64,000 bases of DNA from an uncultured Chloroflexia bacterium (GTDB lineage: Bacteria > Chloroflexota > Anaerolineae > B4-G1 > SLSP01), in NCBI GenBank assembly GCA_963751345.1, contig CAVVUS010000030.1:256001-320000 (forward strand), in the 5' to 3' direction. The position numbers and the translations under genes are program-made. The notes under the pieces were generated by a model that worked only from the letters and a program-made list of their open reading frames with translations, made no database searches and was not told where the DNA came from. This document shows positions 31,610 to 42,364 of the stretch, one piece after another. Within the stretch, counting starts at the first letter, position 1. Every line of letters starts with the position of its first letter.

Positions 31610-34600
31610 TCACTCCTCGCTCAGGGTGATGACTGCGCGCAGGTCGTCGGTGCTGAGATCGGTCAGCCAGCCCTCGCCGGCCCCGACGACGCTCTGAGCC
31701 AGCGACTTCTTGCTCTCGATCAGGGCATCAATCTTCTCCTCCAGCGTCCCCGCACAGATGAACTTGTGCACCTGCACGTCGCGCGTTTGGCCAATGCGAT
31801 AGGCGCGATCCGTAGCCTGATCCTCCACAGCCGGATTCCACCACCGATCGAAGTGGAAGACGTGGTTAGCAGAGGTAAGGTTCAACCCGGTGCCACCGGC
31901 CTTCAAGGAAAGAAGGAAGATCGGCGGGCCCTGCGGAGACTGGAAGCGCGCCACCATCTCGTCACGCCGCTTCGACGGCGTTCCGCCGTGCAGATAGAGC
32001 ACCTCGACCCCGAACCGCGCCTGCAAGTAGGCCTGAAGCGGGTGTCCCATCTCGCGGAACTGGGTAAAGATGAGCGCACGATCGCCCACGTCCAGGGCCT
32101 CCTCCAGCATCTCCACCAGGCGCTCCAGTTTTCCGGAACGCCCTCCCAAAGGCGATCCGTCGCCAAGATACTGAGCCGGATGATTGCATACCTGCTTCAG
32201 CCTCAGCAACATGCGCAGAATCGCGCCACGGCGTGCGATTTGCGGCTGCTCCTCAGCCTCGGCATCCTCGACGGCGCGCAGTTGCTCCTCGACGACCGCC
32301 TGATAGAGCGTGACCTGTTCCTGGGTCAGGGAGCAGTAAACCTTCATCTCCAGCTTATCGGGGAGGTCTTGAATGACGGAGGGATCTGTCTTGACGCGGC
32401 GGAGGATGAAGGGTTCCACCAGTTTCCGCAGCTTGGCGGTCGCGTCAGGATCCTGGTAGCGCTCGATCGGTAGCGCGTAGGTTTTGCGGAATCGTTGCTG
32501 CGACCCCAGTAGGCCGGGATTAAGGAACTGCATCATCGACCACAATTCCGAGAGGCGATTCTCCACCGGCGTGCCCGTCAACGCGCAACGGTTGTATGCG
32601 CCCAGGCTGCGTACGGCTCGTGTCTGCTTGGCTTCAGGATTCTTGATGTTCTGCGCCTCGTCGAGGATAACGTCGCTCCACATCACCTCGGACAGGGTAT
32701 CGACGTCCCGCCGGACCAGGCCATAGGTGGTGATCACGACGTCGTACTCTTTCGCCGCCTCGACCAGGGCCGCTCCGCGGTCGCGCTCCCCGCCGTGGTG
32801 TAAGAGCACGCGCAGCCCCGGCGCGAACCGCGCGATCTCACGCTTCCAGTTGCCCACTACCGACGTCGGGCACACAAGCAGGGCGGGGGGCAGCGGCGTC
32901 TCGGCGTGCTCGCGGGCGTTGAGTAGAAGCGCGATCGCCTGGATGGTCTTTCCGAGGCCCATGTCATCGGCGAGACAAGCGCCCAGCCCCCAGCGACGCA
33001 TGAAGCCCAACCATGACGCGCCCCGCAATTGATAGGGCCGCAATTGTCCCACGAACCCCTCGGGAGCGGGCACCATCGCCACGTGCTCACCCGCCTGCAG
33101 ATCCGCCAACAGCTCGCCGATCGCGCCTGAGACCTCCACAGACTGCACCGGCAAGCCCTCTACCTCGGCGGATGCGCCGAGCACGATGCCCAGCGCGTCG
33201 CGCACCGTCATCTCGCGCTGCCGCCGGCGCTCCCAGAAGGCGATCGCAGTCTCCACCTCATCGGGCTGCAGCAATACCCACTGCCCGCGAACCTGGACCA
33301 GCGGCATCTTCAGGGCCACCAGACGCTCAAACTCCTCCTGTGAAAGGGGAGTATCGCCGAGCGCGAGCTCCCACTCGAACGCAACCAGCGCGTCCATGGA
33401 GAGAATGCCTGCGCTGGTCCCGCTCTGGTCCGATTTGACCTTCGCTCGCACACCCAGCTTGGCAGGTTTGGACCACCAGGGTGGCACGAGCGCCCCGAAC
33501 CCGCTGCCCTCCAGCAGAGGCCCCACCTCGCGCAAGAACGCATAGGCCTCCTCCGTGGTCAACTCGCACGACGCCGGACGCGCTGTGCGCAGGCTCCTAA
33601 GCACGGGAGGGAAAAGCCGTGCCGCCGCGCCGAGCCCGGCGAGTACGCGTTCCTGAGCCTGCTCAAAACGATAGCTCAGATACTCCAGCGTGCCGCCGCG
33701 GGCTTGCCACACCCTATCCAAGGACACAAGCAGGCTAGGATCATCGTGCGCCTGCAGAAGATAAGTCAGCTCCCAGTGAGGCTTGGTTACGCGCCCGGTG
33801 CCGGCGTCCACCTCAGGTGGCTCCAGGCGGAAGCAGAGCCTGAAGGTAGCCTGGTCACCGCCACGCAGTTGAGCCAGCCACGCCTGATGGGCCTCATGAA
33901 GTGCAGCGAGATTGCGCCGCAGCCCAGCCGGAACGGCGATACTGCCATCGGGCGCCCACAGCGCGGTCCACCATAACCCGGCGGCACCCTCCGGTGCCTT
34001 GCGTCGACGGTCGAGACGGGAGGCGCCCCAGTCGCGCACCGCCCTGTCCACCAACTGCTCCAGAAACGCCATCAGCAACCCCGCGGGAGCAGGCGCCTGG
34101 GCAGGATCGGGGACCGCCTTGAGCTCAAACAGCGCGCGACACACCGAGGGCATCGCCTTGGCGAGCGCATCCAGCCTCGCCTTGTCTTCGGGGCGGTCGA
34201 GCACCGGAAGCCAGACAGCACGGTAGCGGCCCTCTCTCTCGTGCAGCCCGGGCAGATAGGCTTGCTGCGCCAACAACGCCAGCCCCAGCTTAGCGACCGC
34301 GCTCCAGTACAGCAGATCCTGTCCCCAGCCACGCTGCGCTCCAGCCGAAGGCACCGTGACCAGAAGGTCGAGAGCGTCGAGGACGTCCACAGAGAGACCC
34401 GCCACCTTCCAGGGAGCCAGTGCCGCCTTCTCCTCATCCTCGGAGGTCTCTTCAGCAACTGAGAACCAGGGCGGCAGAAGAGGCCGTTCGCGCACGGTCG
34501 GCAGGAACATGCCCCACGCCCGCTCAACTGCCGCATCCCACGCCCCAGCCGGGCGCAGGCGGGCCAACGCCACACGCAGGTCACCCGATGAACTCACACA

Positions 34601-34789
34601 GGGATGCCGGGGCACCTTGGCGCGGCGCCCACGGGACCGGACAACGGGGGTCGACGATTCGGCCCAGAGGAAGAAGGACTCACCGGACCATGTCCCATGC
34701 AACACCAAATCCGGAGGGACTTTCCCCTCGGCCTCTGAATAGGATTCCAACTCTGCCTCGACCGGAAGCGACACGAATAGCCTTTCCAT
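31610..34789 (-). CDS. SNF2/SWI2 family helicase-like ATPase
   Basis: LADDMGLGKT, DEAQNIKN, TGTPVEN, SLKAGGTGLNL, QATDRAYRIGQ. Confidence 0.96.
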   Translation of the reverse strand: MERLFVSLPVEAELESYSEAEGKVPPDLVLHGTWSGESFFLWAESSTPVVRSRGRRAKVPRHPCVSSSGDLRVALARLRPAGAWDAAVERAWGMFLPTVRERPLLPPWFSVAEETSEDEEKAALAPWKVAGLSVDVLDALDLLVTVPSAGAQRGWGQDLLYWSAVAKLGLALLAQQAYLPGLHEREGRYRAVWLPVLDRPEDKARLDALAKAMPSVCRALFELKAVPDPAQAPAPAGLLMAFLEQLVDRAVRDWGASRLDRRRKAPEGAAGLWWTALWAPDGSIAVPAGLRRNLAALHEAHQAWLAQLRGGDQATFRLCFRLEPPEVDAGTGRVTKPHWELTYLLQAHDDPSLLVSLDRVWQARGGTLEYLSYRFEQAQERVLAGLGAAARLFPPVLRSLRTARPASCELTTEEAYAFLREVGPLLEGSGFGALVPPWWSKPAKLGVRAKVKSDQSGTSAGILSMDALVAFEWELALGDTPLSQEEFERLVALKMPLVQVRGQWVLLQPDEVETAIAFWERRRQREMTVRDALGIVLGASAEVEGLPVQSVEVSGAIGELLADLQAGEHVAMVPAPEGFVGQLRPYQLRGASWLGFMRRWGLGACLADDMGLGKTIQAIALLLNAREHAETPLPPALLVCPTSVVGNWKREIARFAPGLRVLLHHGGERDRGAALVEAAKEYDVVITTYGLVRRDVDTLSEVMWSDVILDEAQNIKNPEAKQTRAVRSLGAYNRCALTGTPVENRLSELWSMMQFLNPGLLGSQQRFRKTYALPIERYQDPDATAKLRKLVEPFILRRVKTDPSVIQDLPDKLEMKVYCSLTQEQVTLYQAVVEEQLRAVEDAEAEEQPQIARRGAILRMLLRLKQVCNHPAQYLGDGSPLGGRSGKLERLVEMLEEALDVGDRALIFTQFREMGHPLQAYLQARFGVEVLYLHGGTPSKRRDEMVARFQSPQGPPIFLLSLKAGGTGLNLTSANHVFHFDRWWNPAVEDQATDRAYRIGQTRDVQVHKFICAGTLEEKIDALIESKKSLAQSVVGAGEGWLTDLSTDDLRAVITLSEE

Positions 34790-34873
34790 CCACGACCGGC
34801 ACCACCAAAAGGGACGCAGATAGTGCCATTATAGCGCATCCGGAGGCATGCTATCGAGGAGTTCTGACTCCGT

Positions 34874-34914
34874 GAGACGGCGCGCCGAGCCGAACTCTCG
34901 TGCGTAACGCTTGC
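34874..34914 (-). repeat. Diverged copy of the tRNA-Phe 3' trailer (54655-54697)
   Basis: GAGACGGCGCGCCGAG vs GAGAGGGCGCGCCGAG (15/16), then shared CTCGTGCG and GCTTGC in the same order. Confidence 0.7.
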
Positions 34915-34921
34915 TCCCTTC

Positions 34922-35096
34922 GGGGCGAAGGACCTCCACTGCCCTGCCGGGATGGCAGACCCCACAGCCTCATTATGTACCCAACGAGGACGGTTGTGCC
35001 TCAACGATCGGCGTAACCCCTCTCCACCCAAAGCGGAGCACGCTCACGCTCGAGGTCATCTGAATGTGGAGCGGAAGATCCACGCTGCAGCGATGA
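34922..35096 (-). repeat. Module-boundary repeat copy 2 (core 34997-35096)
   Basis: Direct repeat of 30532-30706. Confidence 0.9.
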
Positions 35097-35367
35097 AAGC
35101 CACTGGATTTTCGTTTACGCTGAGAAAGGCAAGTAGTGTGATGCTCACACCGCCGCCGACGGCGCGAGGAGCGAAAGGAGCGTTTGTCCGCAGTTTATGT
35201 ATTTGGCGATTCCGTTGACAAGGGCTGACAGCCAAGTCACGTGGGCGCAGTTCGCGATCTTTCAGTCGGGTATGCTTGGGCGATTTTGTCGCCAGTCCTG
35301 GGCCAATAGGCCCGGTAGGATCGGGCAAGTTGCGGTACAGACAGTATGAAAACAGAGGAGGTTATCT

Positions 35368-35821
35368 GTGGTACGTAAACTGATGTCCATCGGCATTGCA
35401 GGTATCTTGATTCTATTGGTCGTAGGCACCATCGTGCAAGCTCCGCCAGTGTTGGCCGGATTCACACCGACCCCCACGCCCACCGCCACGGCCACCGCTA
35501 CGGCCACGGCTACGGCCACCGCTACGGCCACAGCCACGCACCGCTACGGCTACAGCCACGGCGACCGCCGCACCGGCCACCACCGCACCGCCCACCGCCG
35601 CACCGCCCGCCACGGCTGTCTCACCAACCGTCACGCCAACTGTCACACCAGCTATCACGCCAACCGCCACGCCGGCGCCGCTTCTACCGGACACGGGCGG
35701 AGCGGCAGATGGGCCGAGCAATGCTCAGATTATCATCGTAGCCCTGGCCGGCGTGCTGCTCTTGCTTCTCGCTGCCATCAGCCTGGTCGTCCTCAAATCG
35801 GCCAGAACAAGAAACGGATAG
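35368..35821 (+). CDS. Small Thr/Ala/Pro-rich surface protein with LPDTG sortase-type signal, frameshifted near 35539
   Basis: Signal peptide, (TA)n run; shifted frame gives ...LLPDTGG, a hydrophobic helix and KSARTRNG-stop. Confidence 0.8.
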
Positions 35822-35836
35822 AGGAGGAGGTGTTCA

Positions 35837-37615
35837 ATGTTGCGTAAACGATCGATTGCCCGACTTGTCGCACTGACCATCATTGTCTCACTCGCCGCAT
35901 TGCCTTCCGCGGCGGCGCCCACGGCCACCTCGCCACCACTGAACACGGCGGATAGTTTTGTCGTTCTCGCCGGAACGGCAATCACCGACATTCCAACTTC
36001 TGCCATAACTGGGGATGTTGGGTTGAGTCCCGGCGCCGGGAGCAACTATGCCGGGCTAACGGCAGCAGAAGTAACCGGCACGATCTATGCCGTGGATGCG
36101 TCCGGCCCAGCCGGTTCAGTCGTTAACCCGGCCTTGTTGACCACCGCAAAGACCGACTTGGTCGCTGCGTATGGTGCACTCGCCGGCCAAGGTTGCGATA
36201 CCACCTACGGTGGTGTTCAGGATCTGGTTGGACTAACCCTCGTGCCAGGCGTCTACTGTGCGGATGCCTTTGAGTTATCGGGAACGCTCACTCTCAACGG
36301 GGCCAACACTGATGTTTGGGTGTTCAAGTCAGCGAGCACACTCATTACCTCCGGCACTGCCAACGTTGTACTTTCTACGGGCGGGGTGCCCTGCGACGTG
36401 TGGTGGCAGGTCGGCAGTTCGGCGACACTTGGCACGAACACTTCGCTGGCGGGCAACATCCTCGCCCTCACCAGCATCAGCCTGGCGACGGGAGCAAACT
36501 TGGACGGTCGGGCCCTGGCGCAAAATGCTGCAGTGACGATGGACTCCAACACCATCACCCTACCCATCTGCGCTTTGGCTGTGCCAGTCATTACCACAGA
36601 GATTCACGACAACGACCATGTGGAGGTGATCTTCGCCCAGATCGATACCGTCGTGCATGACATGGCGACGGTAGCCGGCACGCAGGGCATCACGCCCACG
36701 GGGACCGTTACCTTCACGGTCTACGCTAACCCGACCTGCGCTGCGCCCGGTACCTTCGCCGGGGCGGTGCCACTGAACGGGTTGGGTGTGGCAGACCCCA
36801 GCTATACGGCGACCCTGACCAGCGCCGGGCTGTCTTACCTGGCACACTACAGCGGGGATGCTACCTACGATCCGGCCGATGGCCCGTGTGAGGTTCTGGT
36901 CGCCCCGGGCATGCCAAGGATTACCACTGCGATCCACGACGCCAACAATGCAGAGGTGTTCGCTGCCCCGGTTGGTACCATGGTGCATGACACAGCGACG
37001 GTGACCGGCACCCTTGGCACACCTACGGGGACTGTTACCTTCACGGTCTACGCTAACCAGGCTTGCTCTGCGCCCGGTACCTTCGCCGGGGCGGTGCAAC
37101 TGGACGGGTTGGGTGTGGCAGACCCCAGCTATACGGCGACACTGACCAGCGCCGGGCTATCTTACCTGGCACACTACAGCGGGGATGCTACCTACGATCC
37201 GGCCGATGGCCCGTGTGAGGTGCTCCGCGCTCTACCGACGGCGGTGGAGTTGCTCTATTTCCAGGCCAACCCGCTGAGCGGCCAACAGGTGCAGCTGAAG
37301 TGGGCCACGGCGCTGGAGGTGGATAACTTCGGCTTCAACCTGTACCGTGCTAACGTCAATGATGTTGCAGTGGCGCGCGCCGGCGGACCGGTTCACTTTG
37401 AGCCGGCGGTCACGCAGGGCAGTGGCTCAGGCGCGACCTATGCCTACGTCGATACTGTTCCGACCGCTGGTCCCTGGTGGTACTGGCTATCCGATGTGGA
37501 TACCCACGGACTCGAAACGTTTCACGGCACGCCGATAAACACCACCGTACAATCCGGCCTCAGCTTACCGTTCCATGTCTATATGCCGCTAGCCGCAATA
37601 GGGAGCGGACATTGA
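35837..37615 (+). CDS. Secreted ice-binding-like (DUF3494) protein with two Ig-like repeats
   Basis: F.VLAG.AIT, ITGDVG.SP, LVPGVY, VWWQVGSSATLG, GNILA.TSISL.TGA.LDGRALA; then PTAVEL..F domain and VYMPL tail. Confidence 0.88.
   Translation: MLRKRSIARLVALTIIVSLAALPSAAAPTATSPPLNTADSFVVLAGTAITDIPTSAITGDVGLSPGAGSNYAGLTAAEVTGTIYAVDASGPAGSVVNPALLTTAKTDLVAAYGALAGQGCDTTYGGVQDLVGLTLVPGVYCADAFELSGTLTLNGANTDVWVFKSASTLITSGTANVVLSTGGVPCDVWWQVGSSATLGTNTSLAGNILALTSISLATGANLDGRALAQNAAVTMDSNTITLPICALAVPVITTEIHDNDHVEVIFAQIDTVVHDMATVAGTQGITPTGTVTFTVYANPTCAAPGTFAGAVPLNGLGVADPSYTATLTSAGLSYLAHYSGDATYDPADGPCEVLVAPGMPRITTAIHDANNAEVFAAPVGTMVHDTATVTGTLGTPTGTVTFTVYANQACSAPGTFAGAVQLDGLGVADPSYTATLTSAGLSYLAHYSGDATYDPADGPCEVLRALPTAVELLYFQANPLSGQQVQLKWATALEVDNFGFNLYRANVNDVAVARAGGPVHFEPAVTQGSGSGATYAYVDTVPTAGPWWYWLSDVDTHGLETFHGTPINTTVQSGLSLPFHVYMPLAAIGSGH
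36581..37220 (+). repeat. Two ~330-bp coding repeats (Ig-like domains with Cys pair)
   Basis: Near-identical blocks 36581-36893 and 36911-37220 (TPTGTVTFTVY..C..YSGDATY..C). Confidence 0.9.
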
Positions 37616-37661
37616 ACCTGACATCACAGAAATAGCCTGGCTTACGGAAAAGCGAGTAGCT

Positions 37662-40600
37662 ATGATCGGGCAGAGACTGACCCGCGCGACTTTGATGATG
37701 ACGCTATGGCGCGGGATGTGCGTGAGCCTGATTGCTCTGGGCAGCACGCCAGTCAGCAGCGTGGGCGGCGCAGGGTTGACCGCGCCGCCCACGCCGACGT
37801 TGCGCCCGACAGTGAGCGCCACGGCCACAGGACTGCACGTGGAGTGGCGCGTGCCCGAGGCGCAGGTGGTGACACGTGCCGACGGGTCCACCGTGGTGCA
37901 GCTGCCTGGCGCCACGCCAACCGCCCTGCCGGGCGCGCCGGCAGTCCCTTTCTTCTCAGCTTTGGTCGCGGTGCCGCCCGGCGCGCTGCCCACGCTGCGC
38001 GTGGTCTCGCTCGAAGAGACCGAGCGGCTGTTGCCCGGCCCCTTGGCATTGACTCCAATCCCTGAAGGCGTCCAGCGAGACACTGCCGGGCACATCGTTG
38101 GCGGCGACTTCGCCCCGGCTCTTTCGGCGCGATCCGCGCCAAGCAATATCGATGAACCCGTCGTGCTGGAGCCGGTGGGTGTAGTGCGCGGCGTGTCCCT
38201 GGCGCGGTTGGTGTTCTATCCCGCCCGGCCGACCCGGGCATATCCGCAGACGCACCTGCGCGTGACGACCTACGTGTATGTCACCCTCACATTCTCCGGA
38301 CAGCCCGATGACCCGCATCGGGCGATGCGAGCATCGGGCGACCCTGTGCTAGCCGCCCTGCGTGCAGCGGTTATCAACCCGACGCAGGTGCAGCCGGCGA
38401 CCGCCCCTATTCAGCCCCTACCGGTCGAACTCGCCTCCGGACTCCAAGGCAGTGACTCCGGCGCGTCCTGGATGATCGAAGTCAGCGCGCCCGGGATAAC
38501 CGCGCTCACGTATGCAGCCCTAGCTGAGAGCGGCTTCCCAGTGGGGGCCGTTAACCCGCATATGCTGCGCCTGACGCGCGGAGGACAGGAAATCGCCGTT
38601 GAATGGGACGGCAACGGGAACGCGAGCTTTGAACCGGGTGAACGGTTGCTTTTCTACGCCGCACCGCGCTTCAGCCGGTGGACGGCAACCGACATCTACA
38701 TCCTCTGGCACGATGGACGTCACACCGGGACTTGCGGATGCAGAGCCGGCCGGCGAACCCGGCCGGCCAGCCCCTGGGGAGTGCCTGGGTCGAGGCCACG
38801 GCCGAAGCCAATCAACTGTATACCCCGGATTGCTTCTGTGGGACGCTCCCGCCCGGCCGCGACGGCGACCGTTGGACGTGGGATGATCTGAAACGTGCCG
38901 GCCACGCCACCGCCGCGTATACGCTCGCCCTTCCCACTGTGGATGCGACGCAGCCGGCTACGCTGACCCTTTGGTTGATCGGCTACACCGATCTACCCGC
39001 GATCGCCCCCGATCATCGCGTGGCCGCCACCCTCAACACGACGGCACTGGGGGCCATGGAATGGAACGGGCGGCAAGCAATCACGGCCACTCTGCCCATC
39101 CCCCCGGGGCTGTTGCGTCCCACCAATACCTTGACGCTGACCCTGCCCGGTCTGCTCGGCGTATCTGTCGAGGGCGCGTGGCTGGATGCCTTTTCCATTC
39201 GCTATGCTCGCGGCGGCGCGCCCGTGGGCAACACGGTCAGTTTCACCGGGCAGCCCACGCCGCACACTTATGGGCTAACGCTCAGTGCCACGGCGGGCCT
39301 TCGTGCTTACGACGTCACGAACCCGGACCTGCCGCTCCGCTTGACGGGCATGATCACAGACGGGGACACCACCTCGTTGAGCGATCCGCCGGTGGGCGGG
39401 CAACACCGCTACGCGTTGACGACGGACAGTGGCGTGCTATCCCCCGTAAGCGTGCGCCCGGTACAAACGCTGCAGGCGACCGGCGGCGCCGACTATGTGC
39501 TCATCGCGCCGGCCGACTTTGTCCCCGCGCTGGACGACTTGGTCGCGCTACGACGTGCACAGGGGCTGACCGTCGCCGTAACCGCCGTGCAAGCCATCTA
39601 TGATACCTTTGGGGACGGGCGACCGGATCCCGCCAGCATCCGCGCTTACTTGGCGCACGCTTATGCCACCTGGACGCCACGCCCCACCTATGTGCTGCTG
39701 GTCGGCGCGGGCAGCTTCGACCCGCGCCGCTATCGTGACGCCTCACCGCTCACGTGGGTTCCCCCGTACCTGGCCGACGTAGACCCGTGGGCCGGCGAAA
39801 CGGCTGCCGATAATCGCTACGTCACCGTGGATGGCCCGGATAATGTGCCGGATATGCTGATTGGCCGCTTGCCGGTCCGGACCTTGGGCGAGACGCAGAC
39901 CGTGGTGGCCAAAATCGTGCAGTACGAGACGCAGCCCCTCCCCGGTGGCTGGAATGGGGCGGTGACATTTGTAGCCGACGACGCGGATGGGGCGGGTGAC
40001 TTTGCGGCGGCATCCGATGCGCTGGCGTCCACCTATGTGACTGCACCCTTCACGGCGCAGCGCGTTTATTTCACGCCGCCGGCCACACCCCTAACAGCCA
40101 CTCAGCAGGCCGTGCTGAATGCTCTTAACGCCGGCGCGTTGCTGGTCCAGTACACCGGCCATTCATCGTGGCAACAGTGGGCTGCCGAGCGCCTATTCCA
40201 TTTGGACGATCTATCTGCGGTACACAACGACCGGCGCTGGCCAATCGTGCTCGAGATGACGTGCTTCACCGGCGCGTTTCACCGGCCGGAGCCCACACTG
40301 GACGTGGGATTACTCATACAGCAAGGCGGTGGCGCTGTGGCGACCTGGGGCGCGACCGGGTTGGGCGTGGGTACCGGCCACAACCTTCTGGCTGCGGGTT
40401 TCTTGCAAGCCGTTTTCAGCGATACGGTGCGCACAGTGGGAGAAGCTACTTTGACGGGGAAACTGTCTCTGGTCGCTGCCGGTCAGAATGGCGACTTGCT
40501 GGATACCTTTATGCTGTTGGGAGATCCGGCCCTGCAGATAAACAGGGCGATCGTCCCATGGGCCAGCCGGACCTACCTACCGTACGTGATGAGGCAGTAG
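37662..40600 (+). CDS. C25 (gingipain/PorU-like) cysteine peptidase with propeptide, frameshifted near 38720
   Basis: GAPAVP propeptide; DYVLIAP, YVLLVG, IGRLP, YTGHSS (His), MTCFTG (Cys), LLGDPAL; TYLPYV tail. Confidence 0.88.
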
Positions 40601-40606
40601 GCCCAT

Positions 40607-40704
40607 TGACTCAACAACACGCATCTTCCTCTCCACGCACAGTGGAGGCCACTCACACCCAGGTCGACAGAATGAGGAGCGGGAATTCCACGCTGCACCG
40701 ATAA
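40607..40704 (-). repeat. Module-boundary repeat copy 3
   Basis: TGACTCAAC..CTCTCCAC..GGAG..CTCAC..GAATG.GGAGCG..TCCACGCTGCA.CGATAA, 6 nt after the C25 stop. Confidence 0.75.
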
Positions 40705-40804
40705 CAGCCGTCGCACTGGCATGTATGCTGAATCATGTCCGTCGCGCGCCGGCAACATCGGGATCATCGGGTCTGCGATGACGGGCCGAATGAAAGGATG
40801 CTCT

Positions 40805-42290
40805 ATGAACACTAGGGGTCAGCACCACCAGGCTATTCTGCAAAGCCTCGCACACCGAGTGATGCTTGAGCGCGGTTTGTTGCCTGACTTTTCGGCTGAA
40901 GCACTCGCCGAACTGGACCGGATTCAGCTACCTGCCGTAGCTATGGATGGTGAGCTGGTGCGTGATCTAACTCACCGGCTATGGGCTTCGATAGATAACG
41001 ACGACTCCCGCGACCTCGATCAGATCACCGTAGCCGAGGCTGTGCCCATCAACAAAGTCAAGCTCCTGATAGCCATCGCGGACGTGGACGCGCTCGTCAA
41101 GACTGGGACAGCTATTGACGAGCACGCACGTCACAATACGACCTCGGTATATACCGCGGCCGAGATCTTCCCCATGCTGCCGGAGAAGCTATCGACAGAT
41201 CTCACCTCGCTCAACCTCAATGAGGAGCGCCTGGCTATCGTCGTTGAACTGGAATTGAGCGCGATCGGCTCACTTCTGAGTTCAGAGATCTACCGGGCAC
41301 GGGTCCGCAATCACGCGCAGTTGGCCTATGACAGCGTGGCCGCATGGTTGGAGGGTGGCGACGTGCCGGAAGCGGTCGCCGCCGTGGATGGACTGGCCGA
41401 GAATCTGCGGCTACAGGACCGGATAGCCCAAAAGATGCGGAATCTCCGGCATGTCCACGGAGCGCTGAGTTTGGAAACACTTGAGGCGAAACCGATCTTC
41501 GACGGTGAACAAATCCGCGATCTCGAAGTGCAAAACAAGAACCGCGCCACCGAGATCATCGAGGATTTCATGATCGCAGCCAACGGTGTTACCGCCCGCT
41601 ATCTCGCGTCCAAGAGCATTCCCTTCGATCCGACGGGTGGTCCGCGCGCCCAAACGCTGGGGCCGAATTGTCGAGCTGGCCAGGGAACATGAGTTCAGAC
41701 TACCGGATCATCCAGATTCAAAAGCGCTGGATAGGTTTCTCATCAAGGAGAAGGCCGCCGATCCGCTACGCTTCCCCGACCTATCCCTGGCGGTGATCAA
41801 GCTTCTCGGCGCGGGCGAATATGTAGCAGAGCTGCCCGATGAAGATGCTCCCGGACACTTTGGACTCGCGGTCAAGGACTATGCCCATTCGACCGCGCCG
41901 AACCGTCGCTATCCCGATCTGATCACACAACGCCTATTGAAGGCTGCTATGGCGTGTGGTGCCTGGCCCTACAGCGAGGATGAGCTGGACGCTCTGGCGA
42001 AACATTGCACCGAAGAAGAGGATGCCGCCAACAAGGTCGAACGGCAGGTCGGAAAATCTGCAGCGGCGCTGCTCCTTGAGTCGAAGATCGGCGAACGGTT
42101 TGACGCCATTGTCACGGGTGCTTCAGAGAAAGGTACCTGGGCCAGGCTGCTCAACATTCCGGTGGAAGGGAAGCTGATGCATGGCTTCGAGGGCCTGGAC
42201 GTCGGCGATCGGGTGCGCGTGCAACTGATATCGACCGACGTCGAGCGTGGCTTTATCGATTTCAAGAGGACGGGGCCTTCGAGGGATTAG
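40805..42290 (+). CDS. RNB domain ribonuclease (RNase II/R family), frameshifted near 41620
   Basis: SIDNDDSRDLDQ, IEDFMIAAN, HFGL, HSTAPNRRYPDLI; C-terminal S1-like domain. Confidence 0.9.
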
Positions 42291-42364
42291 GGCCATTGCA
42301 GCCGCTGCGGCTTTGGCGTTTTGTCGATGTTTGATACGCAAAGTTAAATGAAAGGATTACGATC

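Noticed and set aside
31610-34789. SNF2 as part of a known anti-phage system
   Set aside because: No methyltransferase, nuclease or other defence partner nearby; it matches the common SWIM/SNF2 pair.
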